Made by a program: the position numbers and the translations under genes
Source of the DNA: Acidobacteriota bacterium
Lineage (GTDB): Bacteria; Acidobacteriota; Terriglobia; Terriglobales; Acidobacteriaceae
DNA length: 64,000 nt
Direction of reading: 5' to 3'
NCBI GenBank assembly: GCA_046728215.1
Contig: JBKPEB010000024.1
Coordinates: forward strand, 13,600-77,599
The notes under the pieces: model-generated
Databases searched by the model: none
What the model saw: only the letters and a program-made list of their open reading frames with translations
What the model was told of the DNA's origin: nothing
Part shown: piece by piece, positions 1 through 10,041 of the stretch
How the letters are laid out: each line of letters begins with the position of its first letter
Position numbering within the stretch: the stretch's first letter is position 1

Positions 1-1283
1 TCGACTACACGCCCGCCGGCACCGAACATACCGCCCTGCACGGCATCGCCGGCAGTAACGGACAGTCGCCCGAGCGGCACGTCGCCGATTCCGACGCGCT
101 TTCCTTATTCGTGTTCAAGACCGTCTCCGACCCCTTCGCCGGACGAATCTCGTACTTCAAGGTGTACAGCGGCGTTCTCAAGAACGATGCCTCCGTGCAG
201 AACTTCACCCGCAACTCTCAGGAAAAGCTGGCCCATATCTGGGTGATGCAGGGAAAAGCGACCACGCCCGTCAACGAACTTCATGCCGGCGACATCGGCG
301 CCGTAGCCAAACTGCGCGACACCCTCACCGGCGATACCCTCGGGGACAAGTCCGCGCCCATCCAATACCCCAAGGTCGTGCTGCCCGAGCCCGCCATCAC
401 TTTCGCGATCGAACCGAAAAGCCGCGCCGACGAAGACAAACTGGGCCCGGGCATCCACAAGCTCATGGAAGAAGACGCCATGCTGCGCTTCTTTCGCGAT
501 CCCCAGACCAAGGAATTCCTTATTGCCGGCACCGGCCAGCAGCACATCGAAGTCGTGGTCTCCAAGTTAAAGAAGCGCTATCACACCGAAGTGAACCTCA
601 AGGCTCCCAAGGTCCCGTATCGTGAAACGATCCGCGGCAAGGCCGACGTGCAGGGCCGTCACAAGAAGCAGACCGGCGGCCACGGCCAATACGGCGACTG
701 CAAAATCAAGATGGAGCCCCTGCCGCGGGGCGGTGAATTCGAGTTCGTCAACGACATCTTCGGTGGCGCCATTCCCAAAAACTTCATTCCTGCTGTCGAG
801 AAAGGCATTCGCGACGCCGCCGGCCGCGGCTATCTCGCTGGCTTTCCAGTCGTGGACTTCAGAGTCATCCTCTACGACGGCTCCTACCACGATGTCGATT
901 CAAACGACCTCTCCTTCCAGATGGCCGGACGCATCGCCTTCAAGAAGGCCATGGAAGTCGCCAAGCCGACTTTGCTGGAGCCTGTTATGTCCGCCGAGAT
1001 CACGGTGCCCGACGAGTTTGCCGGCGCCATCATGGGCGATCTCAACAGCCGCCGTGGCCGCATTCAAGGTATGGACAATAAGGGCGGCAATACGGTCGTG
1101 AAGGCAGAAGTTCCCATGTCGGAGATGCTGACTTACGGAGTCGACCTCACCGCCATGACCCAGGGCCGCGGCAGCTTCAATATGGAAATGAACCACTATG
1201 ACGTCGTCCCAGCACAACTACAGGAAAAGATCATCGATAAAGCCAAGTCCGAACGCGGCGTAGTAAAGGACGAAGAAGAGTAA
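1..1283 (+). CDS. Elongation factor G family protein, 5'-partial (domains II-V; in frame from nt 3)
   Basis: The frame is open from the window edge. The translation reads ...ALSLFVFKTVSDPFAGRISYFKVYSG..., matching EF-G domain II, and the C-terminal domains continue to the stop at 1283. It is not followed by tuf, and the domain IV tip reads GGHGQYGDC, which is divergent. It may therefore be an EF-G2 paralogue. Confidence 0.8.
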   Translation, partial: DYTPAGTEHTALHGIAGSNGQSPERHVADSDALSLFVFKTVSDPFAGRISYFKVYSGVLKNDASVQNFTRNSQEKLAHIWVMQGKATTPVNELHAGDIGAVAKLRDTLTGDTLGDKSAPIQYPKVVLPEPAITFAIEPKSRADEDKLGPGIHKLMEEDAMLRFFRDPQTKEFLIAGTGQQHIEVVVSKLKKRYHTEVNLKAPKVPYRETIRGKADVQGRHKKQTGGHGQYGDCKIKMEPLPRGGEFEFVNDIFGGAIPKNFIPAVEKGIRDAAGRGYLAGFPVVDFRVILYDGSYHDVDSNDLSFQMAGRIAFKKAMEVAKPTLLEPVMSAEITVPDEFAGAIMGDLNSRRGRIQGMDNKGGNTVVKAEVPMSEMLTYGVDLTAMTQGRGSFNMEMNHYDVVPAQLQEKIIDKAKSERGVVKDEEE

Positions 1284-1448
1284 GTCGCGAATCATGTGCT
1301 GCATCGCGAAGCGCCGTTCTTACAAGACGCTTATAGGTACGTAACGCCCTGCCTTGTTCGATATCGAACCTCCATTTACACTGACGCGGCTTCTTCTTAC
1401 CCCCCTAATACCCGGAAGAGGCTTTGGAGGCGTGCATGAAATCATGGC

Positions 1449-1976
1449 GTGTTCTTTCAGCCCTGCTACTGCTGGGCACGAGCGCAGCCCTGGGCTCAGA
1501 AAGTGAACGTTGATTGGGACCGCAGCACCGACTTCTCAAAATTTAAAACACATGCTTGGATTGAATCGAAGCACCCGGGAAAGGGTCTCTGGAACCAGCG
1601 CATCATCGATGGAGTCGACGCAAAACTTGCCAACGCCGGCCTGAAAAAAGTGGACGCCAGCGCGAATCCGGATCTCGAAGTTGTGTACAACGTGGGCGTA
1701 AAAGAACATACCGTGGTGGAGGGATACGACTACACTTACCACCCTTGGGGATGGTACGGTCCGGGGCCATGGTACGGTCCGCGTCCCGCCACGACCCAGA
1801 GCTATCAGGAAAGGGAAGCGACCCTCACCGTCGACCTCGTCAACAACTCCAACAAGGAGATGATCTGGCGCGGCATGGCGCGTGACACGCTGGCCGACAG
1901 CTCCGACAAAAACGTGAAAACCTTCAACAAAGCCATGGACAAAATGTTCAAGAACTTCCCGCCCACCAAGAAGTAG
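1449..1976 (+). CDS. Secreted/lipoprotein of unknown function (DUF4136-like), apparently frameshifted at the 5' end
   Basis: The mature region begins VNVDWDRSTDFSKFKTHAW..., which resembles DUF4136 lipoproteins. A clear signal peptide, MKSWRVLSALLLLGTSAALG, starts at 1436 in a different frame and stops at 1511-1513. An indel between about 1490 and 1513 is implied. Confidence 0.5.
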   Translation: MFFQPCYCWARAQPWAQKVNVDWDRSTDFSKFKTHAWIESKHPGKGLWNQRIIDGVDAKLANAGLKKVDASANPDLEVVYNVGVKEHTVVEGYDYTYHPWGWYGPGPWYGPRPATTQSYQEREATLTVDLVNNSNKEMIWRGMARDTLADSSDKNVKTFNKAMDKMFKNFPPTKK

Positions 1977-1995
1977 CTTTCCTGCTTGCACAGAG

Positions 1996-2023
1996 GAAGG
2001 GGATGGTGAACGCCCTCCCCTTC
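1996..2023. terminator. GC-rich hairpin between convergent genes (GAAGGGGA-N12-TCCCCTTC)
   Basis: A perfect 8-bp inverted repeat lies between the stops of the convergent genes ending at 1976 (+) and 2049 (-). A T-rich run follows at 2040-2052. Confidence 0.45.
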
Positions 2024-2048
2024 GGCACCTCCGAACCCCGAATTTCTT

Positions 2049-2882
2049 TTACTGCTTCCCGCTCTCCACTTTCGCGTTGTGCTGCACCTTGGGCATTTCG
2101 GGCACCGACACCAGATTCTCCGTAGCGCGGTCCATCTCAAAAAAGACCCGCTTCTTCGCGCAACTTGATGTCCCCGAAACTTCCTCTTCCTCGGGCGTCA
2201 AAGGCTGCCCTTCCATAACAATCGCGCCCTGCGCACTGAATCCGAGCACGCGCAGATTCAGCGAGCACTCATGCCCGTACATTTTGGCAAAAGACCGAGG
2301 AAGATCCGGCTGCTGAAAAGTTCCAGACCGGCTGTCGTAAATGATCACGCTGTGCGTTTGCCCGGGCTGTTCATACTGCCACTCCGACAGCTCCGCCAGC
2401 AGCCGCCGTCCATCCGCCGACCAGTCCACCAGCCGCAAAGCATTCCCGTTCTCTATATCCGCAGGTTCCTGCAGGAATCGAATCTTCAAGTCTCCCGGAT
2501 CCCCGCCCACATACAAGCGCGAACTGTTCACGCAAAGCGGACCCGAATACCCGGCAGGGCGCTGTGGATGCAACGCCGTCGCCTCCACTTCCACATACGC
2601 TCGATGCTTCTCGTCCGGAGACACAAAGATGTTGCCCCGCACTGTGCGCGAGGCCAGCGGAGGTTTTTCACCACACGTTACGATCTCGGGATCGCTCGAT
2701 TTGGGCGTGTTCTGCGGCGCTGCAGTCGGGGCGTTCTGCGCGACCGCGCCCAGGCTCATCGCGCCGACGAACAGCCATCTCAGACTTTTGCCAAAGAAGC
2801 AAAACACGGCTGGATTGTAGTTCAGCCGACGACCCCGCGTCTGTAGGGGACATCGGGTAACTGTACGAATTCTTCGGGACAA
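2049..2882 (-). CDS. Hypothetical secreted protein
   Basis: A 277-codon ORF with a signal-like hydrophobic N-region (LFVGAMSLGAVAQNAP). I recognise no family. The exact start is uncertain. Confidence 0.5.
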   Translation of the reverse strand: MSRRIRTVTRCPLQTRGRRLNYNPAVFCFFGKSLRWLFVGAMSLGAVAQNAPTAAPQNTPKSSDPEIVTCGEKPPLASRTVRGNIFVSPDEKHRAYVEVEATALHPQRPAGYSGPLCVNSSRLYVGGDPGDLKIRFLQEPADIENGNALRLVDWSADGRRLLAELSEWQYEQPGQTHSVIIYDSRSGTFQQPDLPRSFAKMYGHECSLNLRVLGFSAQGAIVMEGQPLTPEEEEVSGTSSCAKKRVFFEMDRATENLVSVPEMPKVQHNAKVESGKQ

Positions 2883-2885
2883 GAA

Positions 2886-3524
2886 CTAAGCCGGTCGGGA
2901 ACCCAAGATGTATCCCCGCCGGCTCTGGTATTCCACCTCAGGCGCGTACGGATCCCGCTCAAGCGCTTCCTCGATTAACAAACCAGCGGCCCTTAGGTAT
3001 CCGCACATTTCCTCGGTCGTAAACAGCGCCACATCGAAGCTCACGCGATGGCCGAGCATTTCTTCGTGATGGCTGTCTTCGCTGCCCAGATGGAAACTGA
3101 TGAGCAACCGGCCTCCTCGCCGCAACGCCCTGTGCATCTCGGCAACAGCACTCACCACCCGAGGCCGCGGGATGTGAATGATCGAATAGAACGCCGCGAT
3201 CCCCGCTAACGTCTCCGAACCCACTCCGAGTTCCAGCATCGAACTCTGTACAAACTGCAAGTCCAGATTCAGCCTGCGCGCCTCGGCCAACATTCCGATC
3301 GAAAGATCGATCCCGAACGAGTCCACACCGCGATCCCGCAGATAGCGCGCGATCTGTGCAGGTCCGCACCCCATGTCGCACACGCGTCCGCGACTGCGGA
3401 CGAGATCTGCAAAACGATCAAGCAGTACGCGGTCGAACGGCTTGCCCGCCAGTTCTCCATAGACTTGGTCGGCGTACGTACGAGATACCGTATCGTAACT
3501 TTTGCGAAGATCGCTGCCCATCAC
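2886..3524 (-). CDS. Class I SAM-dependent methyltransferase
   Basis: Motif I is VCDMGCGPAQIA, followed by the typical post-I acidic residue and RRGGRLLISF (motif III-like). It is 212 aa long. Confidence 0.75.
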   Translation of the reverse strand: MMGSDLRKSYDTVSRTYADQVYGELAGKPFDRVLLDRFADLVRSRGRVCDMGCGPAQIARYLRDRGVDSFGIDLSIGMLAEARRLNLDLQFVQSSMLELGVGSETLAGIAAFYSIIHIPRPRVVSAVAEMHRALRRGGRLLISFHLGSEDSHHEEMLGHRVSFDVALFTTEEMCGYLRAAGLLIEEALERDPYAPEVEYQSRRGYILGSRPA

Positions 3525-3546
3525 ACTCGGGACTCGAGACTCGGAA

Positions 3547-5031
3547 CTACTCCCCCGCCAAGCCCATCACAACGTCATATAGAATCCGCGGCCCGCGCCG
3601 CACTTCCTCTACCCGGATGCGCTCATCGATTCCATGTTCCGTGCTGCCTTCTGCGTCGGTCGCCGTGTAAGGCGTGAATCCATAGGCCGTAATGCCCAGC
3701 GGACGGTAGCGTTGGTTCTCGGTGTACCCGCTGGTCAAGTGCGGCACCACTGGAACGTCGGGGAAGTGCTGGGCGGCCGCTTGCCGGATGGCAGCATAAA
3801 GCGCGGTGTCGGTCGACGATGCGTTCGCGGTACGAAAACCACCGGGCACCGGCTCAATGGTTACGTTCGGATCGTTGACCACTCTACGAAGAGTTTCGAG
3901 AAAATGGTTCGGATCTTCTCCCGGCAGCAAGCGTACATCCAGATTCGCCCATGCTTCCGCGGGAATCACGTTGGTTTGTTCCGAGCCGCCCAGCATGGTG
4001 AGGGAAATCGTATTGCGCACCAGGAAATTCAGCGACTCATCATGATCGACCTGCTCGGCGAACCGCGAATCCTGCAACGCGGGTTTCAGATTTCGATACC
4101 GCTTGGCGCGCTCTGGAGGCTCATAGGGCGCCATCTCGCGCAGAAATTCCTCCACCACCGGCAACACCTTGTACGGCGTCCGGTACGCCAGCACGCGATC
4201 CAAGGCTCGTACCAGGCGGTTCGGAGCCGAGTCGACGATGGGTCGCGAGCCGTGCCCCGGCCGCCCCTGCGCCACCATGTGCAGCCAGAACGGTGTTTTC
4301 TCACCCACATCCACCCCAATAAAGCGTAACTTGCCGTTCTCCACCAGATTCTCGCCGCCTTCATTGATCAGAAACTCCGCTCCGCCCAGCAGGTCACGGT
4401 GATTGGCGATCATCCAATCCGTGCCCGTACCCTCGGCCTCCTCATCGCTCACCGCCAGGAAAATAATGTCCCGGTTCAGGGCGACTCTCTCCCGTTTCGC
4501 CATCACCATTACCATCAGCTGGGCGAGGCCCTCGTTCTTCATGTCCTGCGCGCCCCGCCCGTAGATGGATCCGTCGAGCACCTGCCCGCTAAAGGGTGGA
4601 ACCGTCCAATGCCCGGCGTCGCTGGTAACCACGTCCATGTGGTTCAGCAGGATTAAAGGACGCTTCGCGTTGGCCGACGTATGCGGCAGACGCGCCCACA
4701 AATCCGCGCGTCCTGTTTGATACTCAAAAACCTGGTTCTCAATGCCCTCCGAATCCAGGATCTTCTTCAAGAACCGCGCCGCCTGCATTTCGTTTCCTGG
4801 CGGATTGGTGGTGTCGATGCGCAGGTACTCCTGCAACCACTCAATCGCCAGATCGGAATATTGTGATAGATGTTCTGCCGAGATCCGGCTCGAGGCCATC
4901 GGCATCGGAAGAGCTTTCAGCGCTGCTTTATCAGTGGAAACAGCGGCTCGCGCGAAGACCTCCGCAATCAAGACAATGCAAAAGAGTGCAACGCGAGTAG
5001 TGCAGGTTTGTTGCACATCGGCTCGAGGCAT
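3547..5031 (-). CDS. M20 family metallopeptidase (ArgE/DapE/CPG2-like), secreted
   Basis: Shows LNHMDVV...PPF...DG.IYGRGAQDMK and DEEAEGTG. It has an N-terminal signal peptide and the M20 dimerisation region. Confidence 0.8.
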   Translation of the reverse strand: MPRADVQQTCTTRVALFCIVLIAEVFARAAVSTDKAALKALPMPMASSRISAEHLSQYSDLAIEWLQEYLRIDTTNPPGNEMQAARFLKKILDSEGIENQVFEYQTGRADLWARLPHTSANAKRPLILLNHMDVVTSDAGHWTVPPFSGQVLDGSIYGRGAQDMKNEGLAQLMVMVMAKRERVALNRDIIFLAVSDEEAEGTGTDWMIANHRDLLGGAEFLINEGGENLVENGKLRFIGVDVGEKTPFWLHMVAQGRPGHGSRPIVDSAPNRLVRALDRVLAYRTPYKVLPVVEEFLREMAPYEPPERAKRYRNLKPALQDSRFAEQVDHDESLNFLVRNTISLTMLGGSEQTNVIPAEAWANLDVRLLPGEDPNHFLETLRRVVNDPNVTIEPVPGGFRTANASSTDTALYAAIRQAAAQHFPDVPVVPHLTSGYTENQRYRPLGITAYGFTPYTATDAEGSTEHGIDERIRVEEVRRGPRILYDVVMGLAGE

Positions 5032-5416
5032 CCTTCGTTTCTCCCTTTATTTCCGCGAGTTACCCGGAGTCGGCCTAAAGTAGTTTTTATAGCAGGTTCT
5101 GCCAAATTTACTCTGCAAGTCTGCAGCACTATCTGGAGAGACGCGAAGCGCGTTACAATGTCATTGACTCGTAAGGATTTAGCGGCCTCAAGGGAACCTG
5201 GGGTTTGGCATGCAACCTGTAAATAGCCTAGACAAGCGCCGCGTAATGCGCGGTGCTCATCGGTAGGGTTCAGTGCATACGTTGCGTCAGCGTATGCCGG
5301 CAAAGCTTCATCTTGCTTCAGTGCACCCGTTAGGGGACGCAATTAAAAATCACGCAACACGCTCTCAGGCGTGCTGGAGTGGAGCCCAACGCTCCCCCAA
5401 TCGGAGGAAGTTCAAA

Positions 5417-6301
5417 ATGAAAAAAAGCCTCATTGCATTGCTTGTAGCCGGCGCACTTGCGATCCCGGCTTTCGCCCAGCAGACCACCTCGACTACTCCC
5501 GCCCAGGGTACGACCCAGGCTGCGCCTGCGCCCACAAAGGCCGACGCAGCTACCGGTAAAGATCCTTTGCAACCGGACACGCACGAAGGCTTCTGGGGCA
5601 AGCTGAATCCGTTTGCCCGCAAGAAGTATGTGCAGCGCCAGACTGCGCCGATCCGCGACCGCGTCAACGAGCTTGATGAACTCACTGCCGCCAACGGCAA
5701 GATGATCAAGGACGTCGATTCGCGCGCCCAGCAGGGCATCACCCTGGCCTCGAACAAGGCCAACGAAGCCGATCAGCACGCCATCGACGCGGGCAACCGC
5801 GCCAACGCCGCCCAGCAGACCGCGACCCAGGCAACCACGCGCCTGACCACGGTTGAGCAGGTGGTTGGCAACATCGATCAGTACACGCCCTCGACGCAGA
5901 CTGAAATCCGCTTCAAGCCCGGCCAGTCCGTGCTGAGCAAGGCTGCCAAGGACGCACTCGATGAAATGGCGACTCCGCTGAAGAGTCAGCGCGGCTACAT
6001 CGTCGAAGTGCAGGGCTTCTCGTCCGGCAAGGGACAGACCGCGATCTCGAACTCGCAGAAGATGGCCGAGTCCGTGGTTCGTTACCTGGTCCTCAATCAT
6101 GACATCCCGGTCTACCGCATCTACCTCGTCGGCATGGGCAACGCTCCCACGCAGGCGACGACCGGTGACGGCAAGACCAAGCGCACCACCGGCGGACGCG
6201 TGGAAATCAGCCTCCTGAAGAACAATCTGGATCAGCTGGCTTCCGGCTCTGCTCCCGCGGCTCCCCCAGCCCAGGGACAGACGCAAGCGCCCCCGAAATA
6301 A
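5417..6301 (+). CDS. OmpA family protein (coiled-coil N-region plus OmpA/MotB C-terminal peptidoglycan-binding domain)
   Basis: The ATG at 5417 is preceded by GGAGGAAG. The signal peptide is MKKSLIALLVAGALAIPAFA. The C-terminus reads IRFKPGQSVL...VEVQGFSS...GRVEI, an OmpA-like domain. Confidence 0.8.
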   Translation: MKKSLIALLVAGALAIPAFAQQTTSTTPAQGTTQAAPAPTKADAATGKDPLQPDTHEGFWGKLNPFARKKYVQRQTAPIRDRVNELDELTAANGKMIKDVDSRAQQGITLASNKANEADQHAIDAGNRANAAQQTATQATTRLTTVEQVVGNIDQYTPSTQTEIRFKPGQSVLSKAAKDALDEMATPLKSQRGYIVEVQGFSSGKGQTAISNSQKMAESVVRYLVLNHDIPVYRIYLVGMGNAPTQATTGDGKTKRTTGGRVEISLLKNNLDQLASGSAPAAPPAQGQTQAPPK

Positions 6302-6346
6302 CTTCGCAGTCACGGCGGGTTTTAGTCCCGCTATCTCCCCCCAAAA

Positions 6347-6378
6347 AGCCTCTCGCGCAAGCGAGAGGCTTTTTGTTT
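6347..6378 (+). terminator. Rho-independent terminator after the OmpA-family gene
   Basis: The hairpin AGCCTCTCGC-GCAA-GCGAGAGGCT is followed by TTTTGTTT. An A-tract upstream makes it potentially bidirectional. Confidence 0.85.
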
Positions 6379-6588
6379 ACTGACTACATCTTGTCTCTGA
6401 ATACGTGTTTCAGTTGTCATCTTGAGCCTATGCATGCGGCCGAACCAGTCCGAGAGACCCCACAGACGCCACGTTCTTTGGGATCTTCGTCGGAATCAGA
6501 ACAACACGAGACGTTTTCGGACCTAAAGGCTTCTCACCCGCTTGCTTTTCCCCGCACGCACATGGAATCTATTTCCAACGGAGAATTC

Positions 6589-7092
6589 ATGGAAACTCTC
6601 TACTACGCACAGATCGATTCTCCCATCGGCCCCCTCAACCTCGGAGTCTCCGGGAAAGGTCTGGTCGCGCTCGAGTTCGACCGCAAGAACTTCCCGCCCA
6701 CGAAAGACAAAAACGTGAAATGGGAGAAATCTGTCGAGAAGACGGCTCCCTATGCGCGCGAACTAAAGGAATATTTCTCCGGCAAGCGCCGTGAATTTAC
6801 GTTCTCGCTCGACCTGCGCGGTACGCCCTTCCAAAAGCAGTGCTGGCAAGCGCTGCTCGCCATCCCCTACGGCGAGACACGCACCTATGCCGACATCGCG
6901 CGCGCGATCAAGAACCCGCAGGCATTCCGGGCCGTCGGACTGGCGAACAACCGCAACCCCATCGCCATCGTCGTTCCGTGCCATCGCGTGATTGCGTCCG
7001 ACGGCACGCTCTGCGGATACGGCGGCGGGCTCGATGTGAAACAAAAGCTGCTCGAACTTGAGGGCGCCCTGACCGGCAGTTTCGCGGCTTGA
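6589..7092 (+). CDS. ogt: Methylated-DNA--protein-cysteine methyltransferase
   Basis: The PCHRV active-site motif is present. The sequence reads ...TPFQKQCWQALLAIPYGETRTYADIA...NPIAIVVPCHRVIASDG. An alternative ATG lies at 6562. Confidence 0.85.
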   Translation: METLYYAQIDSPIGPLNLGVSGKGLVALEFDRKNFPPTKDKNVKWEKSVEKTAPYARELKEYFSGKRREFTFSLDLRGTPFQKQCWQALLAIPYGETRTYADIARAIKNPQAFRAVGLANNRNPIAIVVPCHRVIASDGTLCGYGGGLDVKQKLLELEGALTGSFAA

Positions 7093-7155
7093 TCGAGGCG
7101 GCGGCGCCACCCGACTATTCCCCACGTATAATCGGCGCGCGCATCGCTCCGACCC

Positions 7156-8490
7156 GTGGCCACCGACAACCGCGCCAAATCCGTCATCCGTAAAGCTGGG
7201 CTCTTCTACTTCGTCTGGGTCATGTTCTCCTACTGCACCGGAGGCCCGTTCGGCCTCGAGGACATGGTCACCACCTCCGGACCCGGCCTCACCCTGATCT
7301 ACCTGCTCATCATTCCGTTCTTCTGGTCGATCCCCGTTTCGCTGGTTTCTGCCGAACTCACGACGGCCATGCCGGTCGAAGGGGGCTTCTACCGCTGGGC
7401 GCGCGCCGGCTTCGGCGACTTCTGGGGATTCCTCGCCGGATGGTGGAACTGGTGCGCCTCATTCCTGCTCGGCGCGGTCTATGCCGTACAGTTTTCCGAC
7501 TACCTCGGCTTCTACTTGCCCTGGCTCACTGGATGGAAGCACTACGCGATATCGTTGCTCGTAGTCGCGCTCATCACCTGGATTAACGTCCAAGGCATCG
7601 ACGCCGTCGGAAAGTTCGCCACCGCGCTGGAGATTTTCATCCTGCTGCCGGTACTGGTGATGGTCGTCATGGGACTGGCGAAGTGGAAGCACAACCCGTT
7701 CGTCCCCATCGTCCCGCCGCACCAGCCGCTTTATAACGTGTTCGGCGTCGGCCTTGCGCTAGGACTATGGCTGTATTCCGGCTATGAGCAAAGCTCCAGC
7801 GTGGCGGAAGAAGTCGAGAACCCGCGCCGCACCTATCCCCTCGCCCTGGCCATCGTGGTTCCACTGTCCATCGCCGTTTACTTTCTTCCGACGTTGGCGT
7901 CACTCGCCGCGCTGGGCAACTGGCAGCAATGGCACACCCGCTACTTCTCCGACGCCGCCCAACTGATCGGCGGCCCGTGGCTCGGTTCGTGGATGACGAT
8001 CGCCGCCATGGTCACGAATCTTTCGCTGCTCAACGCAACCGTCTTGACCTCCACCCGCATGCCCTTCGCCATGGCAGAGGACGGATACCTTCCCGCCGTC
8101 CTGACGGGCAAGCACCCGCGGTTTGGAACGCCGTGGACTTCGATCATCGTCTCCGGAGTGATTTACGGATTGCTTGCGGTGCACTCCCTGACCCAGCTCA
8201 TCACGGTCTACAACTGGCTGCGCGTCGCGACCACCATCCTCACCGTGCTGGCAGCCTGGCAACTGCGCCGCAAAATGCCGGACCTGCCGCGGTCGTTTGT
8301 CGTTCCGGGAGGATCGGTTGGATTGATCACTGCTGTGCTTGCGGTTGTTCTGATGAGCCTGGTCGCTTTGCTGGGCAGCGACCGCTATGGATTGCGTTGG
8401 GGACCGGTGGCTCTGACGGCGGGACCAATCATCTACGTAGCATTGCGACGCTTGCGTCGAACACCAACCCCGCCCCGACTGACAAGCTGA
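7156..8490 (+). CDS. APC-superfamily amino acid permease
   Basis: A polytopic membrane protein of 444 aa. The N-terminal motif FSYCTGGPFGLEDMV and the overall architecture are typical of APC transporters. Confidence 0.75.
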   Translation: MATDNRAKSVIRKAGLFYFVWVMFSYCTGGPFGLEDMVTTSGPGLTLIYLLIIPFFWSIPVSLVSAELTTAMPVEGGFYRWARAGFGDFWGFLAGWWNWCASFLLGAVYAVQFSDYLGFYLPWLTGWKHYAISLLVVALITWINVQGIDAVGKFATALEIFILLPVLVMVVMGLAKWKHNPFVPIVPPHQPLYNVFGVGLALGLWLYSGYEQSSSVAEEVENPRRTYPLALAIVVPLSIAVYFLPTLASLAALGNWQQWHTRYFSDAAQLIGGPWLGSWMTIAAMVTNLSLLNATVLTSTRMPFAMAEDGYLPAVLTGKHPRFGTPWTSIIVSGVIYGLLAVHSLTQLITVYNWLRVATTILTVLAAWQLRRKMPDLPRSFVVPGGSVGLITAVLAVVLMSLVALLGSDRYGLRWGPVALTAGPIIYVALRRLRRTPTPPRLTS

Positions 8491-8619
8491 GCGAAGCGAA
8501 GGATCTTTGAATTCCTAGCGGCCGCAACATCTTAAGGGTGCCCCATCCCAGCGCGTTCTGTGCGCCAGGGTGGGATTCCACTGCCGCATCGTTCTTGGGA
8601 TCCTGCTAGGCGCGTCCGC

Positions 8620-9915
8620 TCAACTCACCCAATCCAGAAACTTGTAATAAGCCCCCGCAAACGGCAGAAACCAAGGCTTCCCGTTGTACAAGCCCAACGG
8701 CGCCCCTGGGAACCGAATCCCGTCAAACGGATTATCCGGACTCTCTCCAGAAATCCGCCGCGCCATCAACCGTCCCTGGTACGTCGCCATTGCCACGCCA
8801 TGGCCCGCGTAGCCCAGCGCGTAGTACATGCCATCCATCTGCCCGGCATGCGGCATGATGTCGAATGCGAAATCCAAAGTCCCGCCCCAGACAAACTCGA
8901 CCTTGGTGTCGTGCAGCTGCGGGTACACTTCGATCATGCCCCGCCGCAAAATCTCCGCACTCTTGCGCACCGTGTCGCCACTCTCCGGGAAAAACGCGGC
9001 CCGCCCGCCAAACAGCATGCGATTGTCCGGAGTGAGACGGTAGTAGTAGATGTAGTTCTTCGAGTCGTAAATCATGCGATTACGCGGACTCAATTCGCGC
9101 GCCAGCGCATCCGGCAAGACTTCGGTCGTGATGATGTACGAACCGATCGGAATAATCTTTTTCTGCAGAGCAGGCGTGGTCTTGCTCGTATAGCCACTGG
9201 TCGCCACAAACACATCTCGGGCCCACAAACTCCCATGGGAAGTTCGCAGCACCCATCCAACATCGCCTTGCCGGTTCCCGCGTTCGACGCTTTCCACTCG
9301 CGTCCTCTCATAGACGCACGCCCCGGCCCGCAAGGCCGCCAACCCCAGTCCGGCAACATACCTCGCCGGATTCAATCCGACGCTGTTTTCATCCACCATC
9401 CCGCCAAAATAAATGTCGGAGCCGATCTCCGAACGCAACTCTTCGCGCGACACGATTTTCAGTTCGTGATGGAACTCCCGCCCAATGACCTCGACCTGGT
9501 GAGCGTAGTCATCGAAATGCGACTGCTTGCAAGCTACCTCCAGGTGCCCGCAGCGCGAGAAATCGCACGCGATGCTCTCTTCGTGAACAATCTGCTTTAC
9601 GCAATCGATCGACGCCAGCGACGCCGCATACATCTTCTGCGTACGCTCTCTCCCGTACATCGAGAGCAACTGGTTGACGCCCAGCTTCATCCCGGTGAGC
9701 ACCATGCCGCCATTACGGGAACTCGCCCCCCAGCCAATCGATTCACTCTCCAGCACGACGACGCGCGCGCCTTTCTTTGCTAGAGTGCGCGCTGCGGAAA
9801 GACCTGTGAACCCTGCGCCAATCACGGCCACGTCCGCGGTATCGGGCAGCGTGCGCGGTGCATCCGTGCGCGGCATTTCGACCGTCGTCAACCAATAGTT
9901 TCGTTCCTGGATCAT
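8620..9915 (-). CDS. FAD-dependent oxidoreductase (DAO family)
   Basis: The dinucleotide-binding motif VAVIGAGFTGLSAARTLAKKGARVVVLE lies near the N-terminus. The start MIQERNYW was chosen at 9915. The ORF could extend to 10041. Confidence 0.8.
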   Translation of the reverse strand: MIQERNYWLTTVEMPRTDAPRTLPDTADVAVIGAGFTGLSAARTLAKKGARVVVLESESIGWGASSRNGGMVLTGMKLGVNQLLSMYGRERTQKMYAASLASIDCVKQIVHEESIACDFSRCGHLEVACKQSHFDDYAHQVEVIGREFHHELKIVSREELRSEIGSDIYFGGMVDENSVGLNPARYVAGLGLAALRAGACVYERTRVESVERGNRQGDVGWVLRTSHGSLWARDVFVATSGYTSKTTPALQKKIIPIGSYIITTEVLPDALARELSPRNRMIYDSKNYIYYYRLTPDNRMLFGGRAAFFPESGDTVRKSAEILRRGMIEVYPQLHDTKVEFVWGGTLDFAFDIMPHAGQMDGMYYALGYAGHGVAMATYQGRLMARRISGESPDNPFDGIRFPGAPLGLYNGKPWFLPFAGAYYKFLDWVS

Positions 9916-10041
9916 CGTGACGAAGTTCCTTGCGCATTCCGAAACGCTGCGGACAGCGCGCACACCACGTAAGGGCCATGCTCTGGAAGTCGCGTGCACC
10001 AGAAACCCTGAGTCGCGTCTAAGCTCGCGGGCACGTACCAA

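Noticed and set aside
5330-6313. A 327-codon minus-strand ORF
   Set aside because: It is antisense to the OmpA-family gene. The same artefact explains other ORFs: 11464-12905 antisense to waaA/lpxK, 13186-14178 antisense to hldA, 46146-47552 antisense to the Pro-rich gene, 49267-50124 antisense to the beta-glucosidase, 51819-52739 antisense to glmM and 59490-60188 antisense to tilS. All are high-GC antisense frames.
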